DNA of 64,000 nt from assembly GCA_951406725.2 (NCBI GenBank), contig OX597833.1:29636001-29700000 (forward strand), in the 5' to 3' direction. The position numbers and the translations under genes are program-made. This stretch comes from Octopus vulgaris (lineage: Eukaryota). Within the stretch, counting starts at the first letter, position 1. Each line of letters opens with the position of its first letter. Below the pieces are notes generated by a model. That model made no database searches, had not been told where the DNA came from, and saw nothing but the letters and a program-made list of their open reading frames with translations. Of the stretch, positions 14,095-27,025 are shown one piece after another.

Positions 14095-14930
14095 CTTCCT
14101 TACCTAAGTTTTAACATCTCCTCCTTCGAAATAGTCACCTTGCACTGCAATACTCCAGTCCCACAATGAGCATGCTCTTGATTGAGCTGCAGCTCTGTTG
14201 AGCCATCTTTGGTCATGGAGATGAAAGGCTCTTCCATTGTGTCAACTGCTGCTTCATCTCAGGGTCATATCCATAGACCCAACTCTCATCACTGGTGCTG
14301 ATCTTTAACATGAAGGATGGGTCATCAGATGCACGTTAACAGAGATCTTGACAGTCTTCAACACTATGTACTTTCTGCTCAGTGGTCAGCAGGTGGGGGA
14401 CAAACTTGGCAGAGACATGCCACATGTTCAATTCAGATGTTAGGATTGCCTGCATGGATCCATTTGATAGACCAACAACATCAGCAATTTCGTTGATTGT
14501 TCTCTGACAATGCTTATGCACAAGCTGATGAATTTCCTCCACATTTCTGAGGATGACACTTGCGGCAGGTCTTCCAGATTGCTCATAATCTTCCAGGGAC
14601 ATTCTTCCACTTTTGAAGCACCCATGCCACTCAAAAGAAGCATTTGACTGAATGCCTCACTATAAGTTTGCCAAAGCATGCTCAATGTCTCTGTAGCAGA
14701 CTTTCCAAGTTTAACACAAAATTTCATGTTGGCTTTGATCCAACTTCCTGTCCATGATGAAATCACAGACTACAGCATACACAAAAACACAAATTTCACG
14801 GCTTGCAAAGTAAACTCAGTGATGTCACTTGGCATACTGCCTCATGAAGATCACTGCCAGCAATCATGTGCTGTCATCTCTTGGCACACTACTGAAATAG
14901 TCCGGGAACTTTTTAATACCACCTCTGTCA
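14095..14930 (-). mobile_element. Internally deleted mariner
   Basis: IKANMKFCVKLGKSATETLSML, SAKFVPHLLT, DESWVYGYDPE; TIR-like end at ~14900-14928. Confidence 0.8.
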
Positions 14931-15323
14931 TATATATATATACATATATATGTATATATAAAAGGCAGGATGTGTGTGTGTACGTGAATGTAATTTATGC
15001 ACATCCACAAATTAGCATGCATGTCGCTCAAATTTTAGGAGGACATTCGTCATGATCCTAGCTGTATTTTCATCAAATTATTTTACCCTGAAGCACCAGT
15101 GAATAGTGGTAAAAATAATTTTGAACCATAACTTCTAACAATTTTCAAGCCTGAGAAATACACCATCATTTACAAATATGAGTTAAGTCCCCTTCTAGTG
15201 ATGGTGTAAAGAGAGAGAGAGAAATAACAGATTTTTAAAATTTCATCTTTTTAGTGAGTGATTGACAGACAAAAACAGACAGACAGGGGTTGTTATGTAT
15301 GTATGTATGTGTGAATGGCTTCA

Positions 15324-17789
15324 GTCACACACAGATAAGAAAAAATTTGCCAATGTTCTGCGCCGTGAGGACCAAAGATTTGAGGTATTTCGTATTGCAA
15401 GACAGTGTGTGAGAGAGAATCGTGATGTGGTAGGAGAGAAATGTGTTCGCATGGATGATGGTTCACTTGCACTAAATGAGGATGCAAAGAGAGAGGTTTG
15501 GAGACGCCATTGTGAAAGGTTGCTGAATGAAGAAAATGAATGGGAGAAAGAGAGTCTGCCGAATGTCAACCCAACAGAGGAACCAGCTATCCAAGTTGAC
15601 AGTACCTTGGTAGATAAGGCGATTAGAAGCATGAAGACAGGGAAAGCCCCAGGCCCATCAGGAATTACAGCAGAGATGCTCAAAATATCTGGCAGTGTCG
15701 GCTATAGCCTAGTCACCCATATAGTTAACCAGGTGATACACAAAGGAGGCATACCCAATGACTGGTGTAGCAACATAATAGTCAACTGCTACAAAGGTAA
15801 ATGTGATGCTTTAGATACAAATAATTACAGAGGTATCAATCTGTTGGATCAAGTAATGAAGGTTATGGAGAGGGTCATAGCCCAACTGATTAAGGAGATA
15901 GCCAGCTTGGATGAGATGCAGTTTGGTTTTGTGCCAGGGAAAAGCACCACTGATGCCATATTTCTGGTAAGACAGCTGCAGGAGAATACCTAGCCAACGA
16001 TAAGCCCCTGTACCTGGCTTTTGTTGACACGGAGAAAGCCTTTGACAGGGTCCCCTGATCCCTTATTTGGTGGTCAATGAGGAAACTAGGGATAGATGAA
16101 TGGTTAGTAAGAGCTCTACAAGCCATGTACAGGGACGCTGTAAGTAAGGTGAGGGTTGGCAACAAGTACACTGAAGAATTCAGGGTAGAGATAGGGGGCC
16201 ACCAAGGTTCAGTCCTCAGTCCCCTCCTATTTATCATAGTCCTCCAGGCAATAACAGAGGAATTCAAGACAGGATATCCCTGGGAGCTCCTCTATGCTGA
16301 TGACCTTACTCTAATTGCTGAGTCACTATCAGAACTAGAGGAGAAGTTTTAGGTGTGGAAACAAGGATTAGAATCGAAGGGCCTTAGAGTCAACCTAGCT
16401 AAAACCAAAGTCCTAATAAGTAGGAAGGCAGGCAAACCACAAATCCCTTCAGGTAGATGGCCCTATTCGATCTGTAGTAGAGGCATAGGTAGAAACGCTA
16501 TAAGATGTACCCAGTGTAAGCTATGGACACATAAGAGGTGCAGTATTATCAAAGGGAGGCTAACTGGGAAGATAGTTTTTGTATGTGGCAGATGCTCAGG
16601 AGCAATAAACACTGCAAATGTGCAGAGACCAACTTCCGCCACTGTCCAGGGAGAAAAACTAGTAGTTGATAGCTTCCATTACCTAGATGACCATGTCAGT
16701 AGTGGTGGAGGGTGCACTGAAAGTGTAGCTGCTAGAATAAGAATAGCCTGGGCAAAGTTCAGAGAGTTCTTATCTCTGCTGGTAACAAAGGGTCTCTCAC
16801 TCAGAGTAAAAGGTAGACTGTATGACACTTGTGTACGAACAGCCATGCTACATTGCAGTGAAACATGGGCTGTGACTGCTGAGGACATGCACAAGCTCGC
16901 AAGGAATGAAGCCAGTATGATCCGATGGATGTGTAATGTCAGTGTGCATACTTGACAGAGTGTAAGTACCTTGAGAGAAATTTTAAACCTAAGAAGCATT
17001 AGATGTGGTGTGCAAGAGAGATGACTGCACTGGTATGGTCATGTGGTGAGAATGGATGAGGATAGCTGTGTGAAAAAGTGCCATACCCTAGCGGTTGAGG
17101 GAACCTGTGGAAGAGGTAGACCCAGGAAGACCTGAGATGAAGTGGTGAAGCACGACCTTCAAACATTAGGCCTCACCAAGGAAATGACTAGCGACTGAGA
17201 CTTTTGGAAATACGTTGTGCTTGAGAAGTCCTGGCAAGCCAAATGAGACCATAACCTGTGGCCAATGAAATGACACCATAACCTGTGGCCTATGCCAGGA
17301 GTGTAACCAGCCCACTTATGCCTACCTTTTCCTTCTTTGGTCACTAAACTTCGCTTGAGGCAAGTGAAATCAAAATCAAACTCGACAACTAGCATTCATG
17401 CTAGTGGGGTGCAAAGAGCACCATCCGAGCATGATCGTTGCCAGAGCAGCCAACTGGCTCTGTGCCAGTGGCACGTAAAAGGGCACCATTCAAGTGGTAT
17501 CATTACCAACGTTGCCTTACTGGCACCTGTGCCGGTGGCATGTGTAAAAAGATTCGAGCGAGGTCATTGCCAGTACCGCCTGACTGAACCCATGTCAGTG
17601 GTACGTAAAAAGCACCCACTACATTCTCAGAGTGGTTGGCATTAGGAAGGGCATCCAGCTGTAGAAACTCTGCCAGATCAAGATTGGTGCTTGGTGCGGC
17701 CGTCTGCTTCACCAGCCCTCAGTCAAGATCGTCCAACCTATGCTAGCATGGAGAGCGGATGTTAAAAGATGATGCTGATGATGATGATG

Positions 17790-17791
<2 letters not shown>
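15324..17791 (+). mobile_element. 5'-truncated RTE-clade LINE (RT, PHD-like finger, 3' UTR, (GAT)n tail)
   Basis: KAPGPSGI, NYRGINLL, QFGFVPGKSTTDAIF, HQGSVLSPLLF, LLYADDL, GRGRPRKT; frameshifts and stops; (gat)n tail at ~17768-17791. Confidence 0.92.
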
Positions 17792-17826
<35 letters not shown>

Positions 17827-19355
17827 ATATAAACAATATTCTCCGTTTCTTCACAACTAATTTCCAAATTAGCTGAATCCGTTGCTCAACTCATAGTGAC
17901 ATATAGCTGGTCGTGCGTGAACATGGGAGAGAGCAGAAGTTACGAGAGTAAAAATCCTAAGTGTTGACTGTAGACACACTCCTTCGCAAATGATCAGCTA
18001 TTATTTTCTTAACAATGTTTCGAAACTGTTCATGTTTTCGAAAGGAGAGATCTGACTCTTACATCTCTGCAGGAGAAGGTATGCTTCTCTACTCCTCTTA
18101 CAGAACTTACGTTTAGGTGCCAAATGTGCCTCAATTGATGGTATTACTCAGGCAGGAGGTGGTGGTGGGACAGGGGCAGGGGCAGGGGCAAGGGTGTACA
18201 AAATACATGTATGCAATAGGTGTATGTACGTATATGTTTGTGTGTGTGTGTGTTGCCCTTATATATATATATACTTAGTTGTGATCTGAACATAACCGCT
18301 TCTCACACAGAAGATCGGGGGCCCTTTTGGGTATTTTATTTTCTTTGCTGGAAGGGTTCCCAACCCATGGGCAAAGGGGGTTACATGATGGGGGTGGTGT
18401 TTTCAAAAGGGCTGGCATATGCAACCTGATCACCTCTGCCAATCAAACTCCCAACCCATGCACTCCCATCACGACACTGATTCTGCAGAACTGGTTTGGG
18501 TATGAAAACCAACTTTAAAGTATAAATATAGACGTTTTTGAATTAGCAATGTTGTGGTCAGTTAAGTCCTATTTGGGGTGAAAAATCAATAAACTATTTC
18601 CTTATGGGGTTTTCAATTTAATCAGGATAAAAAAATTGATAAACCCATTCCTTATAGGATTTCCCACTAAAATTGGCTACACCACATTTTCAACCATAAC
18701 TTTTACCAATTTTGATGTATTTTGTTCAAACTTGATGCCAGCATTACTTTGGACTCATGGGATCTTAAGTTCTTCAAAAACGAAAATAAAAAAACAAAAA
18801 ACAATCGAGTGGAAAAAAATCGATAAACCGATTCCTTATGGGATTTCCCAATCAAATTGTCTGCAACTTACTTTCAACCAAAAGTTTACCAATTTCAATG
18901 GATTTCGCTCAAATTTGACGTTGATGCTACTTAGTTTGGTTTGAAATAAAGGCTATACTGCTAGTATGTAATAAATAACATTCAGATGAATATGGTACAT
19001 AAGTTGAGGTACCAGAATTTAGTATGGTATTATCCATACAATTTCAAAATAAGGTGATTAAAAAATAATAAATAACATATATATATATATATATGCATAT
19101 ATGGGTACAGGACATCACCAACTGTGCAAATAACATGAAATACGTAAACAAATGAGTTAAAGAGAGAGAGAGAGAGAGAAAGAAAGAGGAGGAGAGAGAG
19201 AGACAGATACAAAACATTGAAGGAGGGAGGGGGAGAAAAAGGAATTAGAGAAGGATGGAGAAAGAAAACAGTATAGAGTAGAGTCGCATCAAAAAGGTGA
19301 AGGTAAACTTACTTGAAAATGGATGCATCGCATGCAATTAAATAATAAATAATAT

Positions 19356-19749
<394 letters not shown>

Positions 19750-19777
19750 ATGGGGAGGATGAAGAGGATGAAGTTGA

Positions 19778-20065
19778 AGGATGACTCCCCTTCACAAATA
19801 CTGAGAGGATACAGATAGTGTGTCTATAGCCAGCTGGAGGAGATATCTTCCTGGGGCTACAAACTACAGTAGCATCCACCCTTAGGGGTTAGCCATATTC
19901 AAATGGCAAATAAGCGTCACGATGTGCTACTGCTACTGTTTATAACTCGCTCTGAGATTTATCATTGTTTGATTTCACTTTTTCAATATCAGCGACAGTG
20001 GACGCTGGAAAAAGTATAAGTATTTGTGAAGGAGATCTAATTCTCGCCGACAACTATGATTGTTA
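19778..20065 (+). repeat. Direct copy of the HHR repeat upstream of Tx1 (pLTR-like)
   Basis: 19778-19966 matches 25481-25669 with 3 mismatches in 189 nt; ends in the left target-site copy (20044-20065). Confidence 0.9.
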
Positions 20066-20286
20066 TTCGTCTAGGGACCCCTCTTTCATCTGCGTTTTGA
20101 GAATTTTGCTGCCTTTTTGTTGAGTGAGTTTGTATTTTTTGTTCGTCGTTGTTTGTGTTACTCGTGAATTGAACAGTTGTCCATTGTGTAACAGTAATTT
20201 TTGCCGTAAGGGGCAGAAAATTCTGTGTTTAAACATTGTCATTACCTTTAATTTTTTTGAAACATTTGTTCTCATAATTTTGAGAA

Positions 20287-21723
20287 ATGGATTTCGACTT
20301 GGCGTCGAGGAGCGACTTTCCCGTGATGGGAAAAGGTGAACAAAAGGAGACCGAAGTCAAAAAACAGTCTTTTTCGGCCACAGTGGGCGGAACCGTAACG
20401 GATGTAGAATTTAAGATTGAACAGTTATTCGAATACCGGAACTTGGTAAAAACGGAAGGAAATGAAATTAAACTGGTACCGCCGCAAGCGAAGATACAGA
20501 AAATAAAGGCAAAGACAGTTGTATACAAAGTTTATAGCAACAAAGAAAAAAAAATAATGGATGTCAAGAACGAGATAGTAGAAAAGTGCTTGTCCCCGGT
20601 GTGGGACAAAATTCGCCACGTTGTTCGAGGTGCTTGCAGCGCTACCGTTGAAGCACATTTCGACTCGGCTGATGTGGCAAGAGAGGTGTCATCAATGACC
20701 TTGAAAAGTGAGGATATCATGTTGCTACCTTCGTATATGGGGAAAAGATCAGCCAAACTACATGTAGAGGATATACCGAGAGGGTATGATATAATGTGGG
20801 TAGCAGTGGCAGTCCTGCACAACGTAGAGCGGGAAGTTTCAATTCTGCAGATGAGAAGGAAAGAGGAGGTGTACTGGAAAGGACAAACGCTAGAACTCCT
20901 CGTTCAAGCAGAAAATAAGATACTAGAAAACTTACCCGATAGGGTATTTAATGAGGAGGGAACCTCAATGAGAGTGTCGGTGGAGGGGCACAGACCTAGG
21001 TGCTTCAAATGTGGCGAAAAGGGTCACGTTCGCTCAAACTGCTTAAAAAAAAAGAAAATCAATGAAGCCCCTCCTCAAAGTGCTTCAAACACTGAAAAAG
21101 AAAAGGCGGGAAAAGAACCCAAGACTGCGACAAGGAAAGGAACCGAAACGGAAGATAAAAATGAACAGATGGAATATACACAGGTGACACACAAAAGAAA
21201 AAAACATAACACCCTGGACTCCCCTCCCCAAACAAAGAAAAAATCAGCAAACACCGCAGAGATACATATAAAACAAATTCCCCAGCCCTACCCCCACGGC
21301 ACTGTATTCATTGGAACACAGTTCGCCAAGCCCCTCCCCATAAAACAAGATTTGAAAAAATTGTTAAAAAAAAATGATAAGATTATAGCATTTGACGAGA
21401 AGAACGATAGGGTGTACAAGTATTTCAAGTTTTCAAAATTTAAACTATTCAGTAAGTCTACAGACACAAAATCAACCACTCGCTTCGCAAAAATAAAGGA
21501 AGACGAGTGGAAGGAAAAAACACTACAAGAACATTTAAAGAATAATCTTATAAGAGATGTAACAAAGGAAATACTGGAGGGTAAACTTATTATAACCCCG
21601 GCAACCACACCTACCCAGAGCCCGATGGCAACGCCGGTTAAGAGCCCTGCAGCTATGACCACAAGGGAGGAAGAAGGGGAAGCAGGCAGATTTAAACTGT
21701 CATGCTCCCTGTCTCAACCGTAA
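20287..21723 (+). CDS. Tx1 ORF1, gag-like nucleic-acid-binding protein with CCHC zinc knuckle
   Basis: Open 478-aa ORF; CFKCGEKGHVRSNC; basic C-terminal half; ends 27 nt before ORF2. Confidence 0.85.
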   Translation: MDFDLASRSDFPVMGKGEQKETEVKKQSFSATVGGTVTDVEFKIEQLFEYRNLVKTEGNEIKLVPPQAKIQKIKAKTVVYKVYSNKEKKIMDVKNEIVEKCLSPVWDKIRHVVRGACSATVEAHFDSADVAREVSSMTLKSEDIMLLPSYMGKRSAKLHVEDIPRGYDIMWVAVAVLHNVEREVSILQMRRKEEVYWKGQTLELLVQAENKILENLPDRVFNEEGTSMRVSVEGHRPRCFKCGEKGHVRSNCLKKKKINEAPPQSASNTEKEKAGKEPKTATRKGTETEDKNEQMEYTQVTHKRKKHNTLDSPPQTKKKSANTAEIHIKQIPQPYPHGTVFIGTQFAKPLPIKQDLKKLLKKNDKIIAFDEKNDRVYKYFKFSKFKLFSKSTDTKSTTRFAKIKEDEWKEKTLQEHLKNNLIRDVTKEILEGKLIITPATTPTQSPMATPVKSPAAMTTREEEGEAGRFKLSCSLSQP

Positions 21724-21750
21724 GTTTGTTTATTTTTTCTCTCACCGACA

Positions 21751-24700
21751 ATGGCAAAGCTGGGTTGTGTGAATGTGCGTGGAATGGGGTCGAAATGGAA
21801 ACAAATTTGTTTTCTGAACGACCTCACGACACATGGAGTGGACGTAGCTATTGTAACCGAGTCCAAGATGAATGGGGCCCAAGCATTCTCGCCTCTTCTA
21901 AATGGTTTCGAGAAATTTATTTCTCCTAGCTGAGGAAGAGGAAGAGGCGTGGCAGTCCTTATCAGGAAGAGCTTGGACTTGCAGGTAAGTACTGTCTTTC
22001 TGGACCCAGAAGGCAGGCTGGTCGTTCTGGATGTGACCCACGTAAGTAAACAGTCCTTCAGGTTGGTAGCTGTCTACGCTCCGAATGAGTGTAGGCAGGC
22101 GGGTTTTTTTCGGAATCTGGAGCCCTTTTTAGCGACGTCGAAAACGGTAGTCTTAGTAGGGGACTTTAACACTGTCCTTGAAGCACGGGTCAACAGTGTT
22201 GGCTCAACCAATAGGAAGGGGAACCCTAGCCTCAAGGGTCTACTAGAGAGCTTTGATCTAGTGGACCGTTATCGACTGGATGAGCCGAGCGTTCCACAGT
22301 GGACGTGGAGTAACAACGACGGCTCACACAGATCGTATATAGATAGGATATTCGTTAAGAAAAGAGATAAGGATACGTTTAGTTGTCCACAGTTTCACAT
22401 TGTGCCTTACATGGATCACAAATTTGTGACTTGTAGGGTGCAATTAGATAAGTGCCATAGACAGGGACCGGGGTACTGGAAGCTGAACAAGTCTATTTTG
22501 AATTGTGAAGACTTCCATACCCGGATTAAGGTGTTAGTACAGAGGGCATTGTGTGGCACCATCATTAACAATAGATGGTGGCACTCCCTCAAAAAAGCCA
22601 TTCGTTCAGAGTCCATTAGATTTAGCAATCATCTAAGGTTAGATAGGTCTAGGATAGAGGACGATTTAGTTATGAATCTAAACGAGGCAATGGAAGCTGG
22701 CTCTGCATCCGGAGTGATGGCGGCAAGGACGGTATTGTACCGTCACCATAACTCCAAACACGAAGGTTGCAGAGTCAGAGCTAAGCTACGCGCTGGGAAA
22801 TGAGAAGGTATTAACGTTGCCGGATGGGCCCGTCGAGTGGAGAGTCAGAGAGGTAACAAAGCTTCAATCAAGTCTTTAAGTGACGAACAGGGACAAAAGA
22901 TCTATGGACAGGAGGAGATGCAAAAGTTTCTTCACCAGCATTTCGCCCGCGCATTCGGGGGTGGTGTGGCGCCAGAGCGGGGGAGGGCCTTAAAGGACTT
23001 CCTAGCTGGCGGACTGCAGCTCTCAGGGCGTGAGGTGGAGTGCTGTGAAGAAGCGATCACTCCCGCGGAGATAGAGGGGATACTGGCCGGATGCGCCGGG
23101 GAGAAGTCGCCGGGGTTGGATGGTCTGCCCTACGAGTTTTACCAAAGTATGCCAGACTTGTTCGGGGGAATATTGGCAGGCGTCTACACGAACTGGCAGC
23201 AGAATGGGAGAATTCCCAGTTCTGTAAGCTGGGGAGTGGTGATGCTAATCCAGAAAGACCCGAGCAAGGGGGATAACATTAGTAATTACAGGCCCATAAC
23301 TCTACTTAATGTACAGTTAAAGATTTTGGCCAAGGTGTTGGCAAAAAGGTTGACGATTGTCGTGGAGAAACTTGTAGGGAAAGCACAGACATGTGCAATT
23401 CCAGGCAGGTCGATCCAGGACAATCTTCACCTTATATGCTACACCTTAGATAGGGTGGGTAAATTAACCGGCAAGGACGGGGTAATGGTCCATTTAGACC
23501 AAAGTAAAGCGTTTGATAGGGTAGACCATAAGTACCTGGCGACGGTCCTCGAAGTGGCTGGACTGGGCCCTGAATTTCGCGGGTGGATCTCCGCTATGTA
23601 TAGCGGCATCAAGTCCACCGTCCAGATAAACGGTTACCTAACGGAACCGTTTTCGATCGAATGTTCAGTTCGTCAAGGGTGCCCCTTGTCACCACTTTTG
23701 TACGTGTTGGCTCTCGAGCCATTGCTGCGAAAGTTGGAGAGGCTGGGAAGTAACCCAGATGAGATCGGAGGTGGGAGGACGGTTACTGCTTATGCAGATG
23801 ACGTCACCCTCATCGTGTCCAATGAGGCCCAGCTACCTTGTGTAGAAGAGGCTATCAGAGGATACGAGGCGGTGACAGGAGCAAGGGTTAACAAGGACAA
23901 GTCGGTTGGCTTGCGCCTCGGCACCTGGAGGAGCAAGTCGATATCGTCCAGTGTCGTGGGACACTGGACGGATGGTCCTGTTAAGTTGCTAGGAGTTTGG
24001 TTTGGGTCAGACTCCCAAACGGAGAGGAATTGGAGTGAGGTGACGGGCAAGGTGGAGGCCATAGTACGGACCTGGTCCGGAAGGTTTCTGTCCTTGAAAG
24101 GAAGGGCGGAGGTGGTGCAGATGTTCATTGCATCTGTAATCACTTACCGCCTGACCGTTGTCCCTTGCCCTGATTCATGGCTTAGCAAGTTGGAACGAAT
24201 CCTTTTCCGCTTTTTGTGGAAGGGAGGAAAGCCACTTGTGAGGCACTCCGTTTGCTGCCAGGAACCGTTAAAGGGTGGGTTAGGAATGCCTTGGTTGATG
24301 ATGCGCAGGCATGCGTTGAGGCTGAAGCATCTCAGGCACCACCTGGAGGGTGATAAGGTGTGGAGTCCGCTGGCAGGGGAATTTTTCCCGAGACCGGCTT
24401 CCTTAGTGAATTTTAAACCCGGTCGCATCAAAAGACGGAATCTGACTTTATGGCAAAAGGAGTGCCGACAGGCACTCACGCTGATCCACAAGGCGGGCAA
24501 GGCCGGCTGCGGAAATACCACCTCGGTATTTTATAGCAGGCTGGTAGAGGCAAAGAACGACGACGTCCTAGGAGGGGCTCTGGGGTTTGACGAAGACCAG
24601 CTTACCAACCTGTTTAAAAAGACTTTCAGGACGGGGTATTTGGATAATTTCAAAGATCCCTGGCCTGGCAGTGTTATAGGAATGCTTTACCTGTTCGCGA

Positions 24701-25139
24701 GAAGTTATCGCGGCACGGAATTTCAGTGCCACTGACGTGTCCAAGATGCGGGTTGGACGATGAAACCGTCCAGCACGCTTTTGTACACTGTCGGAAGTTG
24801 TCAGACTTGATAAGTTACGCAGAACACGTGTTATCGCATCTGGGACGAGTACAGCTGTCGGCTGAGTCTATGATTAAGATGATACCGCCAACTGGACTCT
24901 CGAAGGAAGGTGAGGCATGTTTTCACTGCACGGTTGCAGTAGTAAAAGAATGCATGTGGCGTACAAGAATGGAAGGAGTCGCAATAGGATCCTTTGTCTC
25001 AGGCCCCGGCTTGCTCACTTACTTCAGATATCATCTGAAGAGCAAAATGGGGCTGGAAAAGAAGATCTTACCGCGAGGTGTGTATGAAAAAAGATGGAAG
25101 GAAGTGGCAAAAAAGGTGGGTGTCAGAAACCCAGCTTAA
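21751..25139 (+). pseudogene. Tx1 ORF2 (APE endonuclease, RT, C-terminal zinc finger) with 2 in-frame TGA stops and 1 frameshift
   Basis: APE: CVNVRG, VYAPN, VGDFN, YIDRI, MDH. RT: KSPGLDG, NYRPITLLN, DQSKAFDRVDH, RQGCPLSP, YADD. C-terminal CPRC...ETVQHAFVHC. Stops at 21931 and 22801; frameshift near 24650. Confidence 0.93.
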
Positions 25140-25394
25140 CTATGGATGGAGGGGAGGAAAGAAAAGCTGCGGGGCCTTATGGATTGCCGAGGTTTAAAAT
25201 ATCGGTAAGATCGCAAGTTAATGCAATGTTGTAATGTTCTATTGGTCATGCAAAGGACAATTTAAATACAAATTTTGTATAATGAATAATCCAAATGTTA
25301 TTGAAAATTTTTAATCAAACCACTTAACTGTTTTTTGTATGTATGTCCTGTATTGTCCTTCTATGTAATGATTTTATAATCGTAATAAAGAAAT

Positions 25395-25666
25395 TCGTCG
25401 ACAACCATGATTGTCATACGCTGATGAAAGGTAAACACCTTGAAACTCCGGTCCGTGTGTATCATGAGTTGAAGACAGGGAGGATGACTCCCCTTCACAA
25501 ATACTGAGAGGACACAGATAGTGTGTCTATAGCCAGCTGGAGGAGATATCTTCCTGGGGCTACAAACTACAGTAGCATCCACCCTTAGGGGTTAGCCATA
25601 TTCAAATGGCAAATATGCGTCACGATGTGTTACTGCTACTGTTTATAACTCGCTCTGAGATTTATC

Positions 25667-25669
<3 letters not shown>
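25395..25669 (+). repeat. Downstream direct copy of the HHR repeat (pLTR-like)
   Basis: Begins with the right target-site copy, then HHR, then the 189-nt block shared with 19778-19966; ends in (TA)n. Confidence 0.9.
25407..25465 (+). ncRNA. Type I hammerhead ribozyme, canonical core, predicted cleavage after C25453
   Basis: catacg-CTGATGA-aaggt aaac acctt-GAAA-ctccgg-TC-cgtgtg; 5-bp stem II; GUC triplet. Confidence 0.85.
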
Positions 25670-25710
<41 letters not shown>

Positions 25711-26816
25711 AATATATATATATATATATATATATGCATATATGGGTACAGGATGTCACCAATGGTGCAAATAACATGAAATATGTAAACAAACAAGTTT
25801 AATACATAAACAATAAGAAAAATGGAAAACAGGACAAGTAAACACAGAGAAAGGACCCTTCATCAGTTGTCAGCTGTCTATCTACTTCTCATTTCAAGCA
25901 TTCAACAACAATATTAATCTTCAAAGACATTTAGTTGCTCCCATAAATTCTAAAATGAAATTTAAGATTTATGGAGGGTCAAAGTTGGGAACAAAAACAG
26001 GACAGTGGAGACATACAAGGAAACCGAATGAAAACATTCTTACCACACAGCCACACCCATACATACATACATACATACATACATACATACATACATACAT
26101 AAGTATACAGAGAGTGAGGGAGAAAGGTAGAGACGCACATATATGTACGTAAGGAGATTTATAGATAAATTAGTAGTTGCAGGTTTTCTTTCAATTTTTT
26201 CAATGTGTACAACTCCACCTAACACACACACACAAGATGTAAAGCCAAAACAAAACGATAAATATTTCTATTCCTCTTTCATTCTAATGCAGTGTAGTAA
26301 GCCAATTGCATAAGTTTTCATGTTCAGAAGTATCAATCAATCTGTGTTTAGCTAAACTGGAGTTGTAGCAACCTGTGAGCCTTTCCCATTGTCATTGCTT
26401 TTGTTGCTTTGTATATATGTACAGACCTGACTGAGTAGGTCTATGATAAAAAGCGTTCTAGCCATGATCTTCCCATCCTTTTGTATATCAGGTATTGCAT
26501 TGTCCAATATATTTCAGACAGGAGAATGTGATCTGAGGGATGTAGCTGCTATTTCTTCTACTTTTTCTTTCTTCTCCTCTACTACTACACTGCTCACTTT
26601 ATAAAAAAAGCAAAGCAAACATATAATTTCCAGGATATATACCCAAAAGAATGTTAATAATTATTTGAAATAACAGAAATAGACAAAATCCTTTCAGCAG
26701 CAGCAGCACTAGCAGCAGCAGTAACATGATTATTACAGGATTAAATTTCGTTGGGGGGCTTGCATAAGGGGATCATTTTAACTTTGCCCTTCTTTTTTCT
26801 TTTTTCTTTGTCCCTT

Positions 26817-27025
<209 letters not shown>

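Larger units (their letters stand above)
20066..25393 (+). mobile_element. Full-length Tx1-clade (L1 group) non-LTR retrotransposon
   Basis: 5' UTR, ORF1, ORF2, 3' UTR with AATAAA at 25384 and short A-rich end; 22-bp TSD-like flanks at 20044-20065 and 25395-25416. Confidence 0.9.

Noticed and set aside
14950-15320. Helitron/Helentron-like non-autonomous element
   Set aside because: Only a general resemblance; termini and hairpin could not be fixed
18590-18930. Three ttccttatgggatttccc-like motifs as a regulatory array
   Set aside because: More likely diverged internal repeats of an unclassified transposon; no functional evidence
19778-25669. LTR retrotransposon, suggested by the 189-bp direct repeats
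   Set aside because: No TG..CA ends, PBS, protease or integrase; the internal ORFs are APE-RT of Tx1 type
25850-25930. Hammerhead around minus-strand ctgatgaagg
   Set aside because: Could not build consistent stems with a correctly placed GAAA
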